Source of the DNA: Streptosporangiaceae bacterium
GTDB lineage: Bacteria > Actinomycetota > Actinomycetes > Streptosporangiales > Streptosporangiaceae
Direction: 5' to 3'
DNA: 51,033 nt
Assembly (NCBI GenBank): GCA_035483035.1
Contig: DATHQE010000268.1
Span: 1-51,033, forward strand
Under the pieces are notes generated by a model, which was given only the letters and a program-made list of their open reading frames with translations, made no database searches and had not been told where the DNA came from. Made by a program: the position numbers and the translations under genes. Below, one piece after another: positions 41,505-48,341 of this stretch; the stretch's first letter is position 1, and the number at the start of each line of letters is the position of its first letter.

Positions 41505-42122
41505 ATGGGCGGCTGCTACAGCATCGACGGCGTCGTTCCGGTCGTTCACCCGACAGCATTTGTCCACCCGGACGCGGTGCTGATCGGCGACGTGCGGATC
41601 GGGCCAGGGTGCTACATCGGGCCGCTGGCCTCGCTGCGCGGTGACCTCGGCACGATCAGCATTGGCGCGGGCGCCAACATCCAGGACTCGTGCGTCCTGC
41701 ACTGCTTCCCCGGCCGTGAGCTTGTCGTCGAGGACGACGGCCACATCGGACATGCGGTGGTCCTGCACGGCTGCCGGGTCGGCCGGGGCGCGCTCGTCGG
41801 CATCAACGCCGTACTCATGGACGGGGCGGTCGTCGGGACGAGGTCGTTCATCGGCGCGTGCAGCTTCGTTCCCGCAGACATGGCGATACCCGACGGCTGG
41901 CTGGCCGTCGGCTCGCCCGCCCGGATCGTACGCGCTCTGACTGAGCAGGAGATGTCGTGGAAGGCCAACGGAACCGCGGTGTATCAGGAGCTCGCGGCGC
42001 GCTCAGCCGCGACGCTGAGCGCCGTCACCCCGCTGACCGAGCTCGACGCCGGCCGGCCCGCCCTCGCGGTAGACGCAGCCCGCGCCGTGCCGCTTCGGCA
42101 GTACCGCCAGCAGCGGGGCTGA
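41505..42122 (+). CDS. Left-handed beta-helix hexapeptide-repeat protein, gamma-carbonic anhydrase/PaaY/CaiE family
   Basis: IDGVVPVVHPTAFVHPDAVLIGDVRIGPGCYIGPLASLRGD...IGAGANIQDSCVLH is the classic pattern of this family. Confidence 0.85.
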   Translation: MGGCYSIDGVVPVVHPTAFVHPDAVLIGDVRIGPGCYIGPLASLRGDLGTISIGAGANIQDSCVLHCFPGRELVVEDDGHIGHAVVLHGCRVGRGALVGINAVLMDGAVVGTRSFIGACSFVPADMAIPDGWLAVGSPARIVRALTEQEMSWKANGTAVYQELAARSAATLSAVTPLTELDAGRPALAVDAARAVPLRQYRQQRG

Positions 42123-42151
42123 GGAACTGCCTGCTACGCGGGGCTAGTCAG

Positions 42152-42649
42152 TCACACGCGATAGAGCGGGTCATCGCGGTCGCGAGTGCCACTCGGCCCC
42201 GTTCCCTCTTTCGGCAGGTACCGTCCGGCATCGGATCGAGTCCACTCACGCACAGCCCAGCGCTCGGCGATCGCCCACCGGCCATCGCGGTGCTCCATCC
42301 GGTCGATGTAGCGGAAACCGCTGGTGAAGTTGCGACGCGGGTCGTCTGCTGGCTCGCCCCAGTGCACGGCGGTGCCGTAGGTCTCAGCCCGCGCCCAGTC
42401 GCCGTCGACCTCGGCATAGTGGTTACCGACGATGTGCATGGTCCCGGCGAACCGCGACAGCGCGGCCCGCACCCACGGCACGTATTCCTCTACTGTCCCG
42501 TCGAAGCCGGTGTGGTGGTCTAGCGCGCCCGGGTGATAGCAGGCGCGGACTAGATCCAGGTCGAGGCGGTCCACGCCGCGGCAGTAGCGCAGTACGACGT
42601 CGTGGATCTCCTGCCTGGCCAGCAGGCCCGCCACCGGCTCGGTCGTCAC
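42152..42649 (-). CDS. NTF2-fold / SnoaL_4-like protein
   Basis: ORF 42152-42793. GTG 42649 is in a GTGA overlap with the upstream SDR stop. LLARQEIHDVVLRYCRGVDRLDLDLVRACYHPGA and DRMEHRDGRWAIAERW are typical. Confidence 0.75.
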   Translation of the reverse strand: MTTEPVAGLLARQEIHDVVLRYCRGVDRLDLDLVRACYHPGALDHHTGFDGTVEEYVPWVRAALSRFAGTMHIVGNHYAEVDGDWARAETYGTAVHWGEPADDPRRNFTSGFRYIDRMEHRDGRWAIAERWAVREWTRSDAGRYLPKEGTGPSGTRDRDDPLYRV

Positions 42650-43455
42650 GGTGCCGTGCCACCATTCGGCCCACCCGGGTCGGTGGTGGCCTGCTGGGAG
42701 GCGATGAATCTCGCCGGGATCTCGCCCCCACCGTGCACTGCCAGGTCGGCCCCAGTGATGTAAGCCGCGAGCGGGGAGGCGAGGAAGAGGCATGCCGATG
42801 CGACGTCAGCGGGCTCAGCCATCCGGCCCATGGGTATCGTCGCGGCGACCGCCGCGCCGCCATCAGGGCCGTAGTGCGACGCCGCACTGTCCGTCAGGAT
42901 CAGGCCCACGGTGATGTGATTGATGCGAACCTTCGGCGCCCACTCCAGCGCAAGCGAGCGAGTCAGCTGCACGAGGCCGGCCTTGGCCGCCGAGTACGCG
43001 GCACTAAGCGGCGCAGCCTGGTGTGCGGACACGCTGCCGATGTTGATGATCGCACCGCCGCTGTCCTGTTGCTGCATAACAGCGTTGGCAGGCTGGGACA
43101 CGTAGAACGGCGCCAGCAGATTCAGGGCCACGACTCGCTCCGCGAACCGCGGAGACATGGTGGCCGCGTCGGCGTTGGGGGAGCCGCCAGCATTGTTGAC
43201 CAGCACGTCCAGTCGCCCGAACTGGTCGACCGCGGCTGTGATCACGGCCCGCGCCTGCTCGGGGTCGCGGACGTCCGCCGCGATGAACACGGCCTCGTGC
43301 TCGCTGCTGGCCGGCAGCCGCTCGGGCTCGGTTCGCCCGCAGACGAGCACGCCGGCTCCAGCAGTCAGGAACGCCTCAGCGATCGTTCGGCCGATGCCGC
43401 GCGTGCCGCCAGTGACGATGACCGAGCGGCCGGTGAAGTCGACGGGGTTATCCAT
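42646..43455 (-). CDS. Classical SDR
   Basis: TGGTRGIGRTI, NNAGGSP and YSAAKAGLVQLTR. Confidence 0.9.
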   Translation of the reverse strand: MDNPVDFTGRSVIVTGGTRGIGRTIAEAFLTAGAGVLVCGRTEPERLPASSEHEAVFIAADVRDPEQARAVITAAVDQFGRLDVLVNNAGGSPNADAATMSPRFAERVVALNLLAPFYVSQPANAVMQQQDSGGAIINIGSVSAHQAAPLSAAYSAAKAGLVQLTRSLALEWAPKVRINHITVGLILTDSAASHYGPDGGAAVAATIPMGRMAEPADVASACLFLASPLAAYITGADLAVHGGGEIPARFIASQQATTDPGGPNGGTAP

Positions 43456-43498
43456 CGCGCGAGGTCAGGGCTTCTTGCCTCTCCGGTCCTCGTACCTC

Positions 43499-44167
43499 TC
43501 AGGCTTTCCGCGCCTTGGCGGAGCCTACGCTGACAGACCCGTTGGATTTCCTTGACACCTGCGCCGGTACGCCGCCGTCGTTCTTCCTCGCCGCGAACCC
43601 GTTCAGGAAGATCGAAGTGATGTCTTCGGCCAGCTGCGCCGTCGTGTAGGGCCCCTCGGGCCGGTGCCAGCGGATCGACAGCCAGACCGCGTCGCGCAGA
43701 AGCCGGTAAAACACGCGGGGCGGGATGTCGTCCCGGAAGCTGCCGTCGGCCACGCCGGCCTCGATCACTTGCAGCCAGGTCTGCTGCACGTCGGCCACAG
43801 CGACCTGGACGTGCTCGAAGCCAGGCATGTCCCGCATGAACTGGCCCTCGTTCTGGTAGATCGCCTGAGCGTGCGGTTGCTCCTCGGCCACCTGGAGCGA
43901 CGTGACCACCAGGTCGTGCAGGCTCTCCGCGGGACTCTTCCCCTCCGCCAGCACCGACGCGTAGCACGACCTGATGGAGTCCAGGTAGCGAGTCAGCAGC
44001 TCATCGATGATGGTGTCCTTTGAGGGAAAATAGTGATAAAGGCTGCCCGAGAAAACGCCGACCGCCTCGGCGATCTGCCGCACGGTGGTGGCTCGCAGCC
44101 CCCGCCGCGCGAACAACTCGGCTGCGGTAGAGAGGATCAGCTCGCGCTTGTCCTGAACCTCAGTCAT
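43499..44167 (-). CDS. kstR2: TetR-family regulator, KstR2-like (acyl-CoA-responsive FadR/KstR2 subgroup)
   Basis: RRGLRATTVRQIAEAVGVFSGSLYHYFPSKDTIIDELL, HAQAIYQNEGQ and FYRLLRDAVWLSIRWHRPEGP track my recollection of Rv3557c. The symbol is tentative, and orthology versus paralogy is unresolved. Confidence 0.8.
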   Translation of the reverse strand: MTEVQDKRELILSTAAELFARRGLRATTVRQIAEAVGVFSGSLYHYFPSKDTIIDELLTRYLDSIRSCYASVLAEGKSPAESLHDLVVTSLQVAEEQPHAQAIYQNEGQFMRDMPGFEHVQVAVADVQQTWLQVIEAGVADGSFRDDIPPRVFYRLLRDAVWLSIRWHRPEGPYTTAQLAEDITSIFLNGFAARKNDGGVPAQVSRKSNGSVSVGSAKARKA

Positions 44168-44234
44168 CAGGTGGCCTCCATCACCGTCGCGGTCGGCTCG
44201 CGACGCGACTATCGCATTATCTTATCGTGCAGTG

Positions 44235-44248
44235 ATCTAACGCTTGCT
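44235..44248. promoter_or_regulatory. KstR2-type operator box 10: ATCTAACGCTTGCT (degenerate left half)
   Basis: About 70 nt upstream of the kstR2-like start (44167, minus strand). The right half CGCTTGCT is intact. Confidence 0.5.
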
Positions 44249-44262
44249 CTATCAGTCCGGGT

Positions 44263-45030
44263 TCAGACGCCATAACCGCCGTCCACGTCCAGTTTCTGAC
44301 CACTGATGAATGAGGCGCGATCGGAGGCGAGGAAGCAGACAGCCTCTGCGATATCCGCCGCAGTTCCGAACCGGCGCATCGGGATGCTGGAGCGGGCCAC
44401 GTCCAGGGCGCGCTCGTCCAGGTCGCCGGCGGCGATAAGCCGCTCGGCCATCCCATCGGTCAGCATGCCGGGACCGACGCAGTTGGCGCGCACGCCAAAC
44501 CGGCCCTCCTCCGCCGCGATTCCGCGCACCGCCGCCTCAACGGCCGCCTTCGGTATCGATGACAGGCCGTCCCGCACTGGGAATCGCGTGGTGGCAGCGG
44601 TAGTGACGGCTACGAGGTTGCCCTGGCTGGAGCGAAGCAGCGGCAAGGTCGGTAGCACGGCATTGAGGAATGCGACTGCATCCTCTTCCAGCTGCTGACG
44701 GAAGCTCGCCTGCGGCACCTTGCTGATGTGGATCATGGGGACGTGCGGTCCAGAGGCGTAGACGACAGTGTGCAGCGCGCCGAAATCCGCGGCGGCAGCA
44801 GCGACTACGTCCGAGCACGCGGCCGCGTCGGTGAGCTCCAGCTGGTAGGCCACCGCCCGGTCGGGCTGGCGTGCCGTCAGCTCGGCCACGACGGAAGACG
44901 TGCGCCGATAGGTCATCGCGACCCGGCTGCCGCGGTCGAGAAGCATCGCGGCGATGGCGGCGCCCAGCCCGCCGCTGGCACCGAACACCAAGGCTGCGCC
45001 AGAGCGAGCGCCGAAATCGTGTTCGTTCAT
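44263..45030 (-). CDS. SDR-fold protein with atypical active site
   Basis: FGASGGLGAAIA glycine motif. At the expected YxxxK the sequence reads GLSSIPKAAVEA (Ser at the Tyr position by manual alignment). Confidence 0.8.
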   Translation of the reverse strand: MNEHDFGARSGAALVFGASGGLGAAIAAMLLDRGSRVAMTYRRTSSVVAELTARQPDRAVAYQLELTDAAACSDVVAAAAADFGALHTVVYASGPHVPMIHISKVPQASFRQQLEEDAVAFLNAVLPTLPLLRSSQGNLVAVTTAATTRFPVRDGLSSIPKAAVEAAVRGIAAEEGRFGVRANCVGPGMLTDGMAERLIAAGDLDERALDVARSSIPMRRFGTAADIAEAVCFLASDRASFISGQKLDVDGGYGV

Positions 45031-45043
45031 GGGTCGCTAGCCT

Positions 45044-45057
45044 ACCAAGCGCTTGCT
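45044..45057. promoter_or_regulatory. KstR2-type operator box 11: ACCAAGCGCTTGCT
   Basis: Perfect core, 14 nt upstream of the SDR ATG (45030, minus strand). It overlaps a TAGGCT -10-like hexamer (minus strand, 45039-45044). Confidence 0.8.
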
Positions 45058-45213
45058 TGCTCCGGGAGATATATCAATGACGACTCGGCTCCTGGTGCTG
45101 CCTGCTGACCGGGATGTCCGGCTTACGCGCCAGGCTGAGCGTGACCGCGAACGCACAAGCCGCAGTCCCGGCCGTCATGGCCTTAGATCGCGACGGCACG
45201 GATGTCCTTCACG

Positions 45214-45693
45214 TCAATCGGATTCAGGCCGATGCGGCAGAACGAAGTGGCGCGAGAGATCGCCCTCCAGATCGCGGAAGTCGCGTCGCTCGGCGAACCG
45301 CCAGCGCCCGTTGACCTTCTCGAAGGTGTCCTCGTGTCGGCTTGCAACAATGACCTGCAGCGGGAACCCTGGCAATGCCTGCACGGCTGTCGCGTAGCTA
45401 TTAGCTGTCGCGCGCTGACCGTCGTCGCTCACTCGCACGTCGACGTTAGTGATCAGGTGATGGGTTCGCGGGCTGCCGTCGTACAGCTGCAGACCGGTCG
45501 CCCACAGCTCGCGCAGCATCTTCCGGCCTGAGATCACGTGGCCCTCGGAGGACACGACTGACGCGTGCGCGAACAATTCCACCACCCCGTCGATGTCACC
45601 GCGGTCGATGCGGTCGGCATACGAGTGCACCAGGGTACGGATCTCGTCCCGATCGTCGGCCGCAGTCATCGCGGTCGGGTGCTGACTCGGCAC
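45214..45693 (-). CDS. NTF2-fold / SnoaL-like protein
   Basis: GTG start with AGGAGG 4 nt upstream. DRDEIRTLVHSYADRIDRGDIDGVVELFA and FEKVNGRWRFAERR are typical of SnoaL-like proteins. Confidence 0.75.
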   Translation of the reverse strand: MPSQHPTAMTAADDRDEIRTLVHSYADRIDRGDIDGVVELFAHASVVSSEGHVISGRKMLRELWATGLQLYDGSPRTHHLITNVDVRVSDDGQRATANSYATAVQALPGFPLQVIVASRHEDTFEKVNGRWRFAERRDFRDLEGDLSRHFVLPHRPESD

Positions 45694-46062
45694 ATGTCCT
45701 CCTGCCCGGTCGGCAGCTTCTTGGCTCTATGAGTCGGACAGCCGACCAATTTTTGCTCAGTCTGATACGGAACATATCTGAGGCCAGCTGGCATCGGCAA
45801 GACGATCTGTCGTCGTGGCCGCCAGTGCCGACAGCGAGGACGGCCCTGGGATAGTCGAGCAGTTCAAGGCCTGTCACAAGGTGTAAGTCACCTCAAGACG
45901 TCCTCAAGTCAACGGTCCACGTCGTCGCCAATGAGCAAGGATGACAGCTTTGATCTCGGTGCGAAGTTTTCCTAGACATGGGAGGTCGGGCGCGATATCT
46001 TAATCAAGAATTTGGACAGTCGGCCAACTAATCTCTTCCGCTGTGCACGAGAGAAGGCACCC

Positions 46063-47337
46063 ATGGTGATTGACAGGTCGAGCAGCACGCGGGCGAAGAT
46101 CCGCGCGAGAGGCCGGTCGGGACGAGGGCTGCGCCGGTCAGGCGCTGGCGCGGGTGTCGCGGCCCTTGCCCTTGCGCTGGCTGCGTGTGGTAGTTCATCA
46201 GCTCCGGCGGCCAGCGGCAGTAGCGGCGCCAACTTCCTCAGCGCGCCGCTGAAGATCGTGTTCCTGTGGAGCATCAAGGGCGAAGATTCGGCGTCCGCCG
46301 ATTACTACAACCAGGGCGGCGTGATGGCTGTCGACGAGATCAACAAGGCTGGCGGCGTAGGCGGCCAGAAGATCTCGACCGTGCGCTTCCAATCTAATCC
46401 GCTCGATCCCACCAACGTTGTGACGAACTTCCTCAATGCCGTTGGTCAGAAGCCCGCTTTCATCATCGGCCTGGATGCCCCAGACGCCGAGGCGGCGTCA
46501 AGTCAGGTTACTAGGGCCGGGATCCCCACCTTCTCGATTACCCAGGACCAGAACCTGAACTACGGGGCCAAGGCTGGCAGTCCCTGGCTCTTCTCCACAG
46601 TCACTAACGATGGTCTTCAGGCGGCGGTCGCATCGACGTTCGTCGCCGATAACCTGAAGGCCACGAGCGTAGGGCTGCTCCATACCAATGAGTCCTTCGG
46701 CGACACCGGCTCGGCGATCCAGCAGGCGTATTTCAAGGCTCACGGCATAAATATCGTCGCCAACATTCCTTATGCCGTGGATGCGAGCGACCTCACGGGC
46801 CCAGTGCTCGCGGTCAAGAGCGCGCAAGCCGTGATCGACTGGGGCTACCCCAATCCGGTCGCGGTCCAGCTGAACCAATTCGTGCAAAATGGCATCAGCA
46901 TTCCGACCATCACCGGTGGTGCCGCGCCTTACATTGTCGATGGCAAGCTGGCGGCCGGCTCCGCGATCAAGAAGCTGTACTCGATCGACCCGTGCAACCC
47001 CACCCCCAGCACGCCACGGGTGGCGAACTGGATCAAGTCATTTGAGGCGAAGTACGGCGCACCCCCGACGGCCAGCTCGGCCGAGTCCTATGACGCCGTC
47101 TACCTGGCCGTCGCGGCAATCAAGGCTGCAAGGTCGATCGATCCGGACAAGGTGAGAGCCGCGATCGAGAGCTTGCATTACACCAACGGCATCTGCACGA
47201 ACGACTATCACGCTGACGCGGCGCACGACCTGATGCATTCAGTCACAGTCATCTCCTGGTCGACAGGCGTAGGGAAGACCGAGGCCGTCATCGACACCAA
47301 GGACCAGTCAGCGGGAACGCCGAACCCACTGCCCTAA
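46063..47337 (+). CDS. ABC transporter substrate-binding lipoprotein, LivJ/LivK family (second system)
   Basis: ORF 46012-47337. ATG 46063 is preceded by GAGAAGG. A basic N-region (RGRSGRGLRRSGAG) is followed by AALALALAACGSS (lipobox). The body resembles type I binding proteins. Confidence 0.9.
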   Translation: MVIDRSSSTRAKIRARGRSGRGLRRSGAGAGVAALALALAACGSSSAPAASGSSGANFLSAPLKIVFLWSIKGEDSASADYYNQGGVMAVDEINKAGGVGGQKISTVRFQSNPLDPTNVVTNFLNAVGQKPAFIIGLDAPDAEAASSQVTRAGIPTFSITQDQNLNYGAKAGSPWLFSTVTNDGLQAAVASTFVADNLKATSVGLLHTNESFGDTGSAIQQAYFKAHGINIVANIPYAVDASDLTGPVLAVKSAQAVIDWGYPNPVAVQLNQFVQNGISIPTITGGAAPYIVDGKLAAGSAIKKLYSIDPCNPTPSTPRVANWIKSFEAKYGAPPTASSAESYDAVYLAVAAIKAARSIDPDKVRAAIESLHYTNGICTNDYHADAAHDLMHSVTVISWSTGVGKTEAVIDTKDQSAGTPNPLP

Positions 47338-47379
47338 GCTCGGCGGTCGGCCTGCGGGCAGATCAGGTGACCAACGTCG

Positions 47380-47419
47380 GATTCCTGTCCGTATTCCCCA
47401 GGGCATGCGGACAGGAATC
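47380..47419 (+). other. Intercistronic stem-loop (12-bp perfect stem, 16-nt loop)
   Basis: GATTCCTGTCCG (47380-47391) pairs with CGGACAGGAATC (47408-47419), between the binding-protein stop (47337) and the permease start (47463). There is no U tract. Confidence 0.6.
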
Positions 47420-47462
47420 GGGCATAGAACGCGGCTCGGTTGTCGCCGACAGAAGGGTGAGA

Positions 47463-48341
47463 ATGGCTAGGTTCGTTGCGCTCTTCGCGAGTGGCATCTC
47501 GTTCGGCGCGATCGTCGCGATCGTGGCGGCGGGATTCCTCGTGCTCTACAAAGCCACGGGCGTTGTGAACTTCGCCCACGGCGACCTGATGACCGCGGGC
47601 GCGTTCGTCGCGGTCTGGAGTATCGATAGTCTGCACCTGCCCATCCTCGCCGCATATGCGCTGGCCCTAGTCGTGCTGTGGGGTGTTGGAATGCTGATGG
47701 AACGCCTGGTATACGCACCACTTCGACATCGCTCGATGATGGTCATCGTCATCGGCACGCTGGGCGCGGCCACTGTAATCCGCTACACCCTGGCGGTGTG
47801 GCAGGGCAGCACTCCACTTCAGCTCCAGACCCCGGTCGGGACCGACAGCGTCTGGCACCTCCTCGGCGCCGCCATTTCTTACCAGCGGACGATGATCGTC
47901 ATCGTCGCCGCTGTTGTGCTCGGCTTCCTTTACTTCTTGTTCTATGGGACGTCGTTCGGCCGCCAGGTCAGGGCCCTAGCTACGGATCGGGAGACGGCAC
48001 AGCTACAGGGCATTCGGGTGCGCAGGATGGCTTTCATCGCCTTCGGGCTGTCGGCGGCGCTCGCGGCCCTGGCCGGCATTCTGATCGCCCCGCTGAGCTC
48101 GGTCGACCTAACGTTGGGTTTCAATGTGATGCTCACGGCCTTCGCCGCGGCCATTCTTGGTGGCTTCGGCAACCTTACTGGCGTCATCGTCGGCTCGCTC
48201 ATCATCGGCCTCGTGCAGCAACTGGTCGGCGGTTATGTCTTCCTCGCCTATAGCTCAGCGCTGCCTTTCGTCGTGATGCTGCTCATCATGGTTCTGCGGC
48301 CGACGGGCCTGTTTAGTGAGGAAGCTCGTGCCAGGCTCTGA
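47463..48341 (+). CDS. ABC transporter permease, LivH type
   Basis: ORF 47367-48341, with ATG 47463 (MARFVALFASGISFGAIVAIVAAGFLVLYKATGVVNFAHGD) preferred. Confidence 0.9.
   Translation: MARFVALFASGISFGAIVAIVAAGFLVLYKATGVVNFAHGDLMTAGAFVAVWSIDSLHLPILAAYALALVVLWGVGMLMERLVYAPLRHRSMMVIVIGTLGAATVIRYTLAVWQGSTPLQLQTPVGTDSVWHLLGAAISYQRTMIVIVAAVVLGFLYFLFYGTSFGRQVRALATDRETAQLQGIRVRRMAFIAFGLSAALAALAGILIAPLSSVDLTLGFNVMLTAFAAAILGGFGNLTGVIVGSLIIGLVQQLVGGYVFLAYSSALPFVVMLLIMVLRPTGLFSEEARARL

Noticed and set aside
34890-42122. Interpreting the window as the canonical cholesterol/HIP (KstR2) cluster.
   Set aside because: ipdC, fadA6 (thiolase) and echA20-like genes were not recognised anywhere in the window. 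Most boxed genes (importer, PF04909 amidohydrolases, family III transferases, hydantoinase-like carboxylase) are not part of that pathway. I therefore treat it as a related but distinct system pending database comparison.
45053-45397. Plus-strand ORF (114 aa) starting near operator box 11, with GGGAG before an internal ATG at 45077.
   Set aside because: The translation is Arg/Ser-rich and low in complexity, and most of it is antisense to the SnoaL-like gene. It has no motif support. I kept the possibility in mind only because a strong box faces this direction.
45756-45782. The 9-mer CATATCTGA is shared between 24652-24660 and about 45773-45781, suggesting a fifth TCTGA-type operator.
   Set aside because: The partner TCAGA arm at the 7-nt spacing is absent at 45.8 kb, so only a direct repeat of TCTGA is present. 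This is probably chance.
46003-46016. Weak KstR2-like site ATCAAGAATTTGGA upstream of the second binding-protein gene.
   Set aside because: It has two consensus mismatches, including the CTTG half, and lies in AT-richer DNA where such matches arise more easily. There is not enough evidence to place the second ABC system in the regulon.
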